Shown here one piece after another: positions 30,081 to 39,061 of a stretch of 64,000 nucleotides of DNA. How positions within the stretch are numbered: position 1 is the stretch's first letter; the number at the start of each line of letters is the position of its first letter. Under the pieces are notes generated by a model, which was not told the DNA's origin, did not search any database, and worked only from the letters and a program-made list of their open reading frames with translations. The DNA is from Bacillota bacterium. Its GTDB lineage: Bacteria; Bacillota; Clostridia; Peptostreptococcales; Anaerovoracaceae. The position numbers were made by a program, and so were the translations under genes. The stretch lies in NCBI GenBank assembly GCA_036839975.1, contig DAISVU010000006.1, forward strand, positions 25,379-89,378, read 5' to 3'.

Positions 30081-30109
30081 TTGACATTAAAAATGCGGGT
30101 ATATATACT
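30081..30109 (+). promoter_or_regulatory. sigma-A-type promoter for glnA
   Basis: TTGACA-17 nt-TATACT, about 40 nt upstream of the glnA start. Confidence 0.55.
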
Positions 30110-30148
30110 TGTTAAGATGAAAATATCAGTTTACAGGAGGAACACTTA

Positions 30149-31582
30149 ATGTTTAATACGTTTGAAGAAGCGAAAAGGTATATTGAAGAAAACGATGTCG
30201 GAATGGTCGACTTTATGATGATCGATCTGAACGGGCGCTGGAGACACCTTACTATTCCCTCAGGCCGTTTTAGTGAAGAAACTATGAAAAGCGGTATAGG
30301 TTTCGACGGCAGCAATTACGGTTTTGCTCCGGTAGAAAAAAGCGATATGGTATTTATCCCGGACCTTACGACAGCTTATATAGATAAATTTATGGAGATA
30401 AAGACGCTTGCAATGATTGGAGACGTGTTTGTTATAGATATGCCGAATAACATAGCGTTTGATCAGGATCCGAGAAATGTTGCAAAGCATGCGGAAGAAT
30501 ACCTGAGAAGCTCGGGCATAGCTGATGAGATACGCATAGGACCGGAGTTTGAATTTCATGTGTTTGACCATGTGAGCTATTCCGTGGATCCTGACAGTTC
30601 GGGCTTTCACATAGATACAAAGCAGGCGGAATGGAACAAAGGGGTGGATAACGGTGAAAACCTGGCATATAAGATGAACCACGAAGCGGGGTATCATATG
30701 GCACCTCCGCAGGATATACTTTATGATTTCAGGAGCAGGGTCACGATGCAGATGGAAGAGCAGGGAATCATGGTCAAGTACCATCACCATGAAGTGGGAG
30801 GCCCCGGACAGCTTGAGATCGAAGTCGAATTCGGAGGTCTGACGGAAATGGCCGACAAGACGATGATGACGAAATATATCGTAAAAAATCAGGCTATAAA
30901 AGAAAACAAGACGGTTACATTTATGCCGAAGCCGGTTTATAACGAGGCCGGAAACGGGCTGCACGTGCATATGCACTTGTTCAAGGACGGAAAGCCTCTC
31001 TTTTACGATGAAAACGGATACTCACAGCTTTCTGATACAGCACTGTGGTTTATCGGCGGGCTTTTGACACACATAGGAGCGCTCTGCGCATTCACGAATC
31101 CCAGCACAAATTCTTTCAAGCGTCTGATACCGGGCTTTGAGGCACCTGTAACAGTGGGATTCGCTACCGCAAACAGAAGTTCTGTTATCAGGGTGCCGGG
31201 CTATGCAAAGACCCCTGAGACCAAGAGATTTGAGATCAGAAATCCGGACGGGACATGCAATCCGTACTATGCATACGCGTCTATACTTATGGCGGGTATT
31301 GACGGGATAAAGAAACAGATAGACCCGATCGAGGCGGGCTTCGGACCGTATGACTTTAATCTGTTCGAGCTTCCTCAAGAAGAAAAGAAAAAGCTGAAGG
31401 GTCTTCCCAAATCACTTGGTTCAGCTATAAAAGCTCTGGAAAGGGATCATGATTTTCTGACAGAAGGTGGCGTATTTCCTGATAAGCTCATTGAAATATG
31501 GATACAGAACAAGAGAGATGACCTTAAAATGCATATAGAGATGCCTACACCTGTGGAATTCAATATGTATTTTGACCTGTAA
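30149..31582 (+). CDS. glnA: type I glutamine synthetase (I-beta-like, carries the internal insertion)
   Basis: CAGGAGG RBS. GPEFEFHVFD, HHHEVGGPGQLEI, GNGLHVHMHL, NSFKRLIPGFEAP and RFEIRNPDGTCNPY motifs. Confidence 0.92.
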   Translation: MFNTFEEAKRYIEENDVGMVDFMMIDLNGRWRHLTIPSGRFSEETMKSGIGFDGSNYGFAPVEKSDMVFIPDLTTAYIDKFMEIKTLAMIGDVFVIDMPNNIAFDQDPRNVAKHAEEYLRSSGIADEIRIGPEFEFHVFDHVSYSVDPDSSGFHIDTKQAEWNKGVDNGENLAYKMNHEAGYHMAPPQDILYDFRSRVTMQMEEQGIMVKYHHHEVGGPGQLEIEVEFGGLTEMADKTMMTKYIVKNQAIKENKTVTFMPKPVYNEAGNGLHVHMHLFKDGKPLFYDENGYSQLSDTALWFIGGLLTHIGALCAFTNPSTNSFKRLIPGFEAPVTVGFATANRSSVIRVPGYAKTPETKRFEIRNPDGTCNPYYAYASILMAGIDGIKKQIDPIEAGFGPYDFNLFELPQEEKKKLKGLPKSLGSAIKALERDHDFLTEGGVFPDKLIEIWIQNKRDDLKMHIEMPTPVEFNMYFDL

Positions 31583-31651
31583 ATATATCAAAGGGTCTGT
31601 AAGAGAGGCATAAAAAAATCTGTGGCGGCCTGTATATCTTATATCGGAAAA

Positions 31652-31688
31652 ATCGGTGGATTTTCAAAGTCCGCTGATTTTATGATTT
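31652..31688 (+). terminator. rho-independent terminator after glnA
   Basis: ATCGGTGGA-ttttcaaag-TCCGCTGAT stem (two G.U pairs) followed by TTTATGATTT. Confidence 0.5.
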
Positions 31689-31796
31689 AAAAATTAAATT
31701 AAAAACGTGTGCAGAAATTGTATGGAAAGATCAAACGCGTTCATAAAAAAGCATGGTATGAACGGTGTGTACGGTCTCCTGAACCGGTCGTATCCG

Positions 31797-31825
31797 TTGA
31801 CTTCAGTTAGGCGGAATGTTAGAAT
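31797..31825 (+). promoter_or_regulatory. sigma-A-type promoter for the LytTR regulator gene
   Basis: TTGACT-17 nt-TAGAAT with TGt extended -10. Confidence 0.55.
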
Positions 31826-31882
31826 CAAACTGGTAATTTATATGAGTTTTGAAAAAAATGTCTTATTGAGGGCTGGCAAGAT

Positions 31883-32602
31883 ATGCTTATTTTCATTTGT
31901 GATGACGAGGTCCCGATTATTAAAAAATATGCGGAGCTTATTAAAAAGATTGGGCATGAGCACAGTATAAACATCCGGATAAAAGGTTGCATCAGCGGAG
32001 AACAACTGCTGTTTGAATTGTCTGAAGATCCAAACCGTGCGGATGTGGTGTATATGGATATAGATTTTGGCTCAAAGCTTGATGGAATAGCAACGGCCGA
32101 CAAGCTCAGAAAAAAGGGATATGATAAAGAGATAGTTTTCCTTACAAAAGGTAAGGAACGTGTTTTTGATGCATTTGATCCCGAGCCTCTGAATTACATT
32201 GTGAAAGACGAAACTTCCATGCAGAAATTCGAAAAGATATTGCTTAAGGCTTATGAAAAAATCAAAGCCAAAAACAGGGAGTTCATATCCATTTCATGTG
32301 CCGGCGAGAGCCGTAATATTCCACTTGATGATATTTTCTATTTTGAAGTAAGCAGCAGGCTTATTGCTGTTCATTACGGGGAAGGAGAAATCTTCGAGTT
32401 TTATTCAACGATCGGCAAGATCGAAAATCTGCTCTTCAATAAGGGATTTATAAGAACACACAGAGCATTTCTGGTATCTGTGAGTAAGATAGCCACGGTT
32501 TCGGGAAACGAAGTCACCCTGCTCTGCGGTGATGTGATTCCTATAGGTCGTACATATCTGAAAGCGGTCAGAAATTACCTGACTGAACAGCAGGGGCTGT
32601 AA
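31883..32602 (+). CDS. LytTR-family response regulator (receiver plus LytTR DNA-binding domain), no adjacent kinase
   Basis: Receiver residues (CDDE, YMDID, VFLT, IVK). LytTR domain (IPLDDIFYFEV...FIRTHRAFLVSVSKI). Confidence 0.85.
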   Translation: MLIFICDDEVPIIKKYAELIKKIGHEHSINIRIKGCISGEQLLFELSEDPNRADVVYMDIDFGSKLDGIATADKLRKKGYDKEIVFLTKGKERVFDAFDPEPLNYIVKDETSMQKFEKILLKAYEKIKAKNREFISISCAGESRNIPLDDIFYFEVSSRLIAVHYGEGEIFEFYSTIGKIENLLFNKGFIRTHRAFLVSVSKIATVSGNEVTLLCGDVIPIGRTYLKAVRNYLTEQQGL

Positions 32603-32677
32603 ACGTAGGCAGAATATTGAATTAGGGTCTGTTTCAAATGTTGAATGCTCAAAGGATATGTATGCGCCTCAAAAGAG

Positions 32678-32708
32678 TGCATTTACGCAATGAAAATTGC
32701 TTTATGCA
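32678..32708 (+). promoter_or_regulatory. imperfect direct repeat, candidate LytTR operator
   Basis: TGCATTTACGCA (32678-32689) and TGC-TTTATGCA (32698-32708), with starts 20 nt apart, between the regulator gene and the next ORF. Confidence 0.25.
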
Positions 32709-32795
32709 CAATAAAAGGACTATTTGATTTTAACCGGTGGAAAAATTCCGGACATAAAATAGAGCAGCGTGCAGTACAGCACGGGGAACAAGAAT

Positions 32796-33704
32796 ATGAC
32801 TGCTATAATAAAAAAAGAAAAAAGAATATTTGCATTTATAGCAGCAGTGTTGCTGTGCTTCGCAATGTCAGGAACTCTGACCGCAAGCGCCATCTGCGCT
32901 GACTCCGGTTATGATGTTGAAATCCAAGGGATCAAAGTCCTTGGCATAGATACAGATAATGAAGATAGCGATAAAAGAATCTGCATATTCATGAAAAATG
33001 TTGAAATGTCAAATATTGAAGTGCTGAAGCTGTCTGATGATAAACTGAACAGTAAAATAGAAGAAGGTATGGCCATTGAATACAAGACGTTCAAGCATGA
33101 AAAACTTGAGCCCGGTTATTTTGAGGTGGAAGTGACAAACCTTTTCAAGATAAAAGAAGAAGCGGAGGCGCTTATATTAAAAAAAACAGGAGAGGTCGAG
33201 GTTCCAATAGCCTTCAATGTCAGAAATATCGTGACAAATGAGAAGACTGCTGTCGACAAAAAAAATGTACTTAGTTTTTCGGGATGGCCCTGTGTAAAAA
33301 TCCGTTCAGCTGTATCAGGAGCAGATGCAGGGAGAGTCAACATATCGGTTAAAGAGATAAAAACTTCAAAGCGCAGGGATATAAGCGGTGATGTAAATAG
33401 ATTTGAAGGGCGGACCGACGACGCCACATACGGAGAATACAATGCAGACAACGGAGGAAATTCAAAAGGTGATGATGCCGTTGCCGATAAGGATAAAACA
33501 ACGGCTTCGAAATGGTCGGGCGGCGCGGCGGAAGGTGGAGCAGTGGTCTCCACGGAACATGATAATAACAGCCTTATTATGATGACGGCGGCACTCAGCG
33601 GTATTGCGGCGCTGGCCTTCTCAGTAAGCATAGTTCCGGACATAAGGGTCATAAGATGGTACAACAGGAAAAAAGCCGAAAGGCTTGCAAATACAAAAAG
33701 ATAA
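32796..33704 (+). CDS. exported protein with C-terminal membrane anchor (hypothetical)
   Basis: Signal peptide ending TLTASA|IC. A charged central region, then a C-terminal hydrophobic helix with a basic tail (RWYNRKKAERLANTKR). No LPXTG. I recognise no family. Confidence 0.6.
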   Translation: MTAIIKKEKRIFAFIAAVLLCFAMSGTLTASAICADSGYDVEIQGIKVLGIDTDNEDSDKRICIFMKNVEMSNIEVLKLSDDKLNSKIEEGMAIEYKTFKHEKLEPGYFEVEVTNLFKIKEEAEALILKKTGEVEVPIAFNVRNIVTNEKTAVDKKNVLSFSGWPCVKIRSAVSGADAGRVNISVKEIKTSKRRDISGDVNRFEGRTDDATYGEYNADNGGNSKGDDAVADKDKTTASKWSGGAAEGGAVVSTEHDNNSLIMMTAALSGIAALAFSVSIVPDIRVIRWYNRKKAERLANTKR

Positions 33705-33763
33705 AAAAAACACACAAAAACTACAAATTAGTGTTATAATATACGGAATGGAGGACTGAACAA

Positions 33764-33931
33764 ATGAGCGCGGGGCTTATAATAGCGATCATAGTTCTGA
33801 CAGTCATACTGATACTCGGCGTGTCAGTAAAAGTCTACACCAGAAGTAAATTGCGTGATATGGACGGAGTAGGGAATGTCTCGGTCAATAAAGGGGTTAA
33901 TAAAGGGAATGCGGTTAATAAGGATAAGTGA
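33764..33931 (+). CDS. 55-aa single-pass membrane peptide (not in the ORF track, below its length cutoff)
   Basis: GGAGGA RBS 8 nt before the ATG and TGTTATAAT extended -10 at 33732-33740. Hydrophobic N-terminus (GLIIAIIVLTVILILGV) and a VNKG-repeat tail. Confidence 0.45.
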   Translation: MSAGLIIAIIVLTVILILGVSVKVYTRSKLRDMDGVGNVSVNKGVNKGNAVNKDK

Positions 33932-33944
33932 TTTATAGGAGGTA

Positions 33945-34757
33945 ATGGTAGTGAGCGATATAGGCATGTCGGAAGCAAAAAACAAAGAAATTACGGATTT
34001 TCTTGAAAAGCTGGACATAAAGATGGCTCGTAAAGGCGGATTTGAACAGGAAGACGTGTATTCTAAAATGCAGGACCTTTGCGATATTTATGAAAAACGT
34101 ATAGAGAAAATGGAAGATTATTATGAGGACAGGCTTTCGCAAAGTGGAGGTAATGATGAGGCTCTTCTCAAAGAAAATGAAGAACTCAGAGCTCGTGTCA
34201 AAAAACATGACGAGGACAGCAAGATATTTACAAACCTCATGATCGATGCAAAAAGGAACAGCGAAGCAAGGCTTGAAGAAGCTAATGCGGAAGCTGAAAA
34301 AATCATAGCGGAGGCAAACAAAAAGGCCGGCGAAACTATCCTGGAATCTCAAAACCAGTCGGAACAGATCCTTACTGAAACACAGCAGAAGGCTGAAGAG
34401 CTGATGAGAGAAAATACGGAAGCTCTTGAAAAACGCGCTGCGGAGCAGGAAGAAGCCCTGGATATACTAAGGCGGGAGAATGCGAAATACGTACAATACA
34501 TCGAGAGCCTTGAGGGAGGAATACAGCAGATCAAAGCGAACCTCGAAGAAATCAAAGGAAAATTTTCAGTGGTTATGACAGAAAAGTCGGAGATGGAAGA
34601 GTCTGTTGATACTGCCTCAAGGGAAGAAGATGCGACAGGTGCAGGCTATACTCCGAATTATTCGACGGAAGATACCTCTGAAACGACTGAATCAGCTGAC
34701 AATGCGGAGGGTAAAGCATACGGCTTTACAGCAGCAGCGGGAGGCACATATGAGTAA
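33945..34757 (+). CDS. coiled-coil protein with DivIVA-like N-terminus and acidic tail
   Basis: AGGAGG RBS (GTG 33951 has better spacing than ATG 33945). N-terminal ARKGGFEQEDVYSKM resembles the DivIVA-type RGY..E.V motif. Long E/K/A heptad-like region. Confidence 0.6.
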   Translation: MVVSDIGMSEAKNKEITDFLEKLDIKMARKGGFEQEDVYSKMQDLCDIYEKRIEKMEDYYEDRLSQSGGNDEALLKENEELRARVKKHDEDSKIFTNLMIDAKRNSEARLEEANAEAEKIIAEANKKAGETILESQNQSEQILTETQQKAEELMRENTEALEKRAAEQEEALDILRRENAKYVQYIESLEGGIQQIKANLEEIKGKFSVVMTEKSEMEESVDTASREEDATGAGYTPNYSTEDTSETTESADNAEGKAYGFTAAAGGTYE

Positions 34758-35358
34758 AGATTTCAGTGATAATATTAACACTGAGATCCCTCAGCCTGAC
34801 GACCCTGCTGCATTGCTTAAAAGGAAAAAAGATAATATAAAAAAAGGAAACGGCGGCTGGAAAGGATTGCTCATTGAGATAATCGTGGTAGCTGCCGTTA
34901 TTGCAGTGATATTCCTGTTTGTTATAGGGCTCTCAAAAGTTGTGGGGTCATCGATGGAACCTAATTATTACGAGGGCGACAGAGTTTTGTATCTGAGGCT
35001 TGCAAATAATTTCCAGGCCGGAGATGTGGTTATATTCCGTACCTCCGGAGATAAGGATTATATAAAGCGCGTAATAGCCGTAGAGGGTGATAAGGTCGAT
35101 ATTGATAATGATACGGGCGATGTGATTGTAAACGGCAGGCCATATCAAAATGATCTGGTCGATGAGCCTACCATGAAATATGAAGGATCCGCTTACGGAA
35201 CTCCGACGAGATTTCCGCTTACGGTCAAGGAGGGGCACGTCTTCGTACTTGGTGATAACAGGATGGTCTCGATAGATTCACGCGTTGCGGGAATAGGTCA
35301 GATAGACACCGGTGATATAGAGGGAAAAGTGTTTTTCCTTATGCGCGGTATAAAATAG
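34750..35358 (+). CDS. lepB: signal peptidase I (S26A)
   Basis: GGGAGG RBS. The ATG overlaps the previous stop (ATGAGTAA). Catalytic GSSMEP and YIKRVIAVEGD, and the GDNRMVSIDSR motif. The tracked ORF (34606) starts too early. Confidence 0.88.
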   Translation: MSKDFSDNINTEIPQPDDPAALLKRKKDNIKKGNGGWKGLLIEIIVVAAVIAVIFLFVIGLSKVVGSSMEPNYYEGDRVLYLRLANNFQAGDVVIFRTSGDKDYIKRVIAVEGDKVDIDNDTGDVIVNGRPYQNDLVDEPTMKYEGSAYGTPTRFPLTVKEGHVFVLGDNRMVSIDSRVAGIGQIDTGDIEGKVFFLMRGIK

Positions 35359-35431
35359 CAGACTGATGTAAAAAACCTTCGGGAATGAATCATGACCCGG
35401 GCTTTGTTTTATATAAATATGAAACTTATGT

Positions 35432-36841
35432 CTATTTTCTTTTGTCGATCGGAACGTATTCTCTGTGAGGCTGCACACACATGTTCGCAGGTCTTACAAG
35501 TTTGTTTCCTGCTACAAGTTCCTCGAGATGATGAGCGACCCAGCCCGAAAGTCTCGCGGTTGCGAACAGCGGCGTGGCGATATCAAGCGGTATGTGAAGT
35601 GCCGAATATACAAACCCTGAATAAAGGTCTACATTTGCACACATCGGTCTTTCTATTCCGGTTATCTCGGAGTGAAGAGCGGGGGTTAGCTTTTCGATCA
35701 TCTCATACAGCCGGAATTCATCCATGCGGCCGCTGTATTCTGCGAGCTGCCTGGCCAGAGCTTTAAGCAGCCTTGTGCGAGGATCTGACAGTGTATAGAC
35801 CGCGTGTCCCATACCGTATATGAGACCGCTCCTGTCGCCTGCTTCACCGCACAGGATCTTTGTAAGGTATTCGCTTATATCCTTTTCATTTGTTATATCT
35901 TTTACGTTTGCTTTTATATCGTTCATCATGTTAATTACAGCGATATTGGCGCCTCCGTGCTTGGGGCCTTTAAGAGAGCCGACTGCCGCGGCGATCGCGG
36001 CGTAGGTATCGGTGCCGGATGATGAGATCACATGCGTGGTAAACGATGAATTGTTGCCGCCGCCATGCTCCGCATGAAGTATCAGTGATATGTCCAGAAG
36101 CTTTGCTTCCATGTTTGTGTACTCGCCTGTCGGACGGATCATCCTGAGTATGTTTTCCGCAGTGCTTAGCTCAGGCAGCGGATTGTGCAGATGCATGCTG
36201 GTGAGTTCATAATACGATGATTTTGCCTGATATGCATATGCGATTATAGCCGGGAAATATCCGGTAAGGTCTATAGACTGTCTAAGTACATTGGAAATGG
36301 ATATATCGTCCGGGTTCTTATCATAGCAATAGAGCCCGAGAATGCTCCGTGCAAGCGTGTTCATTATGCTCTTTGACGGTGCGGTCAGAATCATATCACG
36401 TGCAAAACCCTGCGGCAGAGTGCGCTTTTCACCTACAAGCTTTCGGTAATTTTCCAGCTGCTGTCTATTGGGAAGTTCTCCCATGAGCAGCAGATATGAG
36501 ATTTCCTCAAATCCGAAACGACCTTCATCAAGACAGTTTTGCACGAGAGTTTCAACATCATACCCGCGATAATAGAGCCTGCCTTCTTCAGGAATCTTAT
36601 TCTTTTCTTCATCAAGTGAATAGCCGACAACATCGCTGATCTTGGTAAGACCGACTATGACTCCTGTGCCGTTTACATTTCGGAGCCCTCTCTTTACGTT
36701 ATATTTCCCGTAAAGTTCACCGTCTATCTGATCGTTAGCGGCGATTGTCACTGCCATAGTATCTATAGCGGAAGTAGGTTCGGGTTTCGCCTGTGGTCCT
36801 GAGACTCTGGCTTTCTTCAGTTTTTTCTTTTTTATCAGCAT
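35432..36841 (-). CDS. citrate synthase
   Basis: AAGGAG RBS. HAEHGGGNNSSFT, GPKHGGAN, GMGHAVY and the RLSGWVAH motif. Confidence 0.9.
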   Translation of the reverse strand: MLIKKKKLKKARVSGPQAKPEPTSAIDTMAVTIAANDQIDGELYGKYNVKRGLRNVNGTGVIVGLTKISDVVGYSLDEEKNKIPEEGRLYYRGYDVETLVQNCLDEGRFGFEEISYLLLMGELPNRQQLENYRKLVGEKRTLPQGFARDMILTAPSKSIMNTLARSILGLYCYDKNPDDISISNVLRQSIDLTGYFPAIIAYAYQAKSSYYELTSMHLHNPLPELSTAENILRMIRPTGEYTNMEAKLLDISLILHAEHGGGNNSSFTTHVISSSGTDTYAAIAAAVGSLKGPKHGGANIAVINMMNDIKANVKDITNEKDISEYLTKILCGEAGDRSGLIYGMGHAVYTLSDPRTRLLKALARQLAEYSGRMDEFRLYEMIEKLTPALHSEITGIERPMCANVDLYSGFVYSALHIPLDIATPLFATARLSGWVAHHLEELVAGNKLVRPANMCVQPHREYVPIDKRK

Positions 36842-36927
36842 ATGATCTCCTTATTCAAGCGAAAAATATTATACCATTAAACTATATATTTAGGCAATAC
36901 AGCATGGATAAATATACATTAATGCGG

Positions 36928-36941
36928 CGAACAGCTGTTTG
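36928..36941. promoter_or_regulatory. LexA (Cheo/SOS) box upstream of uvrBA
   Basis: CGAACAGCTGTTTG versus the Firmicute consensus CGAAC-N4-GTTCG (one mismatch). It overlaps the -35 of the uvrB promoter. Confidence 0.55.
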
Positions 36942-36967
36942 CACAGATGAATGCCGTGTGTTATAAT
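36939..36967 (+). promoter_or_regulatory. uvrB promoter
   Basis: TTGCAC-17 nt-TATAAT with TGt extended -10. Confidence 0.55.
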
Positions 36968-37019
36968 CATGGAATAAAATTAAGCTTAAGAAGCAGCAAT
37001 CGGGGAACACCGGCAGGAG

Positions 37020-38999
37020 ATGAAAATGACTGAATTTAAGATAGTATCCGACTATAGGATGATGGGCGATCAGCAGCAGGCTGTAGAAAAGCTTGCGGTC
37101 GGTGTTTTGAACGGCAGGACGCACCAAAGCCTGATGGGAGTCACGGGCTCGGGGAAGACATTTACAATGGCAAATGTAATTGAAAGGGTGCAGAAGCCGA
37201 CGTTGGTAATATCACACAATAAGACTCTGGCAGCTCAGCTTCACGGCGAATTCAAGCAGTTTTTCCCCGAAAACGCTGTAGAGTATTTTGTCTCATATTA
37301 CGATTATTATCAACCGGAGGCGTACGTGCCTTCGACGGATACATATATAGAAAAAGATTCAGATATAAATGATGAGATCGATAAACTGAGACATTCGGCA
37401 ACAGCGGCGCTTGCTGAGAGGAAAGATGTTATAATTGTTGCGAGTGTTTCCTGCATATACGGTCTCGGAAGCCCGTTCGACTACGAAAACCAAATGCTTT
37501 CGTTAAGGCCGGGAATGGAAAAAGACCGTCGTGAGATATTAAGAAAACTTGTAGACATCCGGTATGTGCGAAATGATCTGGAATTCGCGCGCGGTACTTT
37601 CAGGGCGCGCGGAGATACTATCGATATCTTTCCGTCAGGTTCCGAAAATGCTGTAAGGATCGAGCTTTTCGGTGATGAAGTCGAGACAATAAAGGAAATA
37701 AACCCGGTAACGGGAGAGATAGTCGGGATGAGAAACCACGTCGCGGTCTATCCGGCATCGCATTATGTAACATCAGAAGAAAATATAGAGATCGCGGTCA
37801 GGACGATAGAAGAGGAATTAAATCAGAGGATCACATGGTTCAAGGACAGGGGCAAACTGCTTGAAGCGCAGAGGATAGAGCAGCGCACAAGATATGATAT
37901 AGAGATGCTTCGTGAGATCGGGACCTGTAAAGGGATTGAAAATTATTCGCGTCATCTGAACCTGCTGCAGCCCGGTACGCGGCCTTACACTCTGATAGAT
38001 TATTTCCCTGATGATTTCTTAATAATGCTAGATGAGTCACACGTAATGCTGCCGCAGCTCCGCGCCATGTACGCGGGTGACCGCTCCAGAAAGACTGCAC
38101 TTGTGGATTACGGCTTCAGGCTGCCTTCAGCGCTTGACAACAGACCGCTTCGTTTCGATGAATTTGAAGAACTCGCAAAGCAGCAGATATATGTAAGCGC
38201 CACACCTGCGGCATATGAAAGAGAAATGAGCGGAGGCATAAGCGCGGAACAGATCATAAGACCGACGGGAATCCCTGATCCTCCTGTCGAAATAGTAAAG
38301 ACAGAAGGTCAGATAGACCATTTGATCGGCAGCATAAACGAAACTGCGGAAAAGGGCGGTAAAGTATTAGTGACAACGCTTACAAAGAAAATGGCGGAAA
38401 GTCTGACAGATTATTTGAAGGATGCGGGGATACGAATCCGCTATCTGCATTCCGAGATCGATACGCTTGAGAGGATGGAGATTCTTAGGGATATGAGAAT
38501 GGATGTATTCGATGTGCTCGTAGGCATAAATCTTTTGCGAGAAGGGCTGGATATCCCCGAGGTCTCTCTTGTTGCGATACTCGATGCCGATAAGGAGGGT
38601 TTTTTGAGGACAGAGACTTCACTTATACAGACGATCGGGCGTGCCGCAAGAAATGTATCCGGACATGTTGTTATGTATGCGGACAGCATAAGCCCTGCGA
38701 TGAGAGCCGCGATCACGGAAACGGACAGAAGACGAGGCATACAGCAGCGATACAATGAAGAGCACGGTATAACGCCTGAAACAGTAAAGAAGTCGGTGCG
38801 CGAGGTGATCGAAGCGACCAGTACTGCGGATGAAAAAGAAGTTTATAAGGGGAAAAACCCGCTGGAGATGACGAAGAAAGAAATTAAGGAATATGTGAAG
38901 CTTCTGGAAAAAGAGATGAAAGAAGCAGCCGGAAACCTGCAGTTTGAAAGGGCGGCGGAACTGCGCGACAGGATTTTTGAGTACAGGGTTAGGCAGTAG
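37020..38999 (+). CDS. uvrB: excinuclease ABC subunit B
   Basis: FKIVSDY..GDQQQAV start, GVTGSGKT, helicase motifs and a C-terminal UVR domain ([11 protein letters not shown]). ATG 37026 has better RBS spacing. Confidence 0.97.
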   Translation: MKMTEFKIVSDYRMMGDQQQAVEKLAVGVLNGRTHQSLMGVTGSGKTFTMANVIERVQKPTLVISHNKTLAAQLHGEFKQFFPENAVEYFVSYYDYYQPEAYVPSTDTYIEKDSDINDEIDKLRHSATAALAERKDVIIVASVSCIYGLGSPFDYENQMLSLRPGMEKDRREILRKLVDIRYVRNDLEFARGTFRARGDTIDIFPSGSENAVRIELFGDEVETIKEINPVTGEIVGMRNHVAVYPASHYVTSEENIEIAVRTIEEELNQRITWFKDRGKLLEAQRIEQRTRYDIEMLREIGTCKGIENYSRHLNLLQPGTRPYTLIDYFPDDFLIMLDESHVMLPQLRAMYAGDRSRKTALVDYGFRLPSALDNRPLRFDEFEELAKQQIYVSATPAAYEREMSGGISAEQIIRPTGIPDPPVEIVKTEGQIDHLIGSINETAEKGGKVLVTTLTKKMAESLTDYLKDAGIRIRYLHSEIDTLERMEILRDMRMDVFDVLVGINLLREGLDIPEVSLVAILDADKEGFLRTETSLIQTIGRAARNVSGHVVMYADSISPAMRAAITETDRRRGIQQRYNEEHGITPETVKKSVREVIEATSTADEKEVYKGKNPLEMTKKEIKEYVKLLEKEMKEAAGNLQFERAAELRDRIFEYRVRQ

Positions 39000-39061
39000 A
39001 AACCGCTGACGTCTCCCGGCGTAGAAATAAGCAGATATAAATTCGGGGTGTAACAGAATCA

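Noticed and set aside
30081-30148. GlnR/TnrA box (TGTNAN7TNACA) at the glnA promoter.
   Set aside because: The only TGT…ACA pairs are spaced incorrectly (26 nt rather than 17 nt).
35359-35431. Bidirectional terminator between lepB and citrate synthase (AAAAAA-CCTTCGGG…CCCGGGC-TTTGTTTT).
   Set aside because: The stem is only 4 Watson-Crick pairs plus wobbles. It is plausible but too weak to list as a feature.
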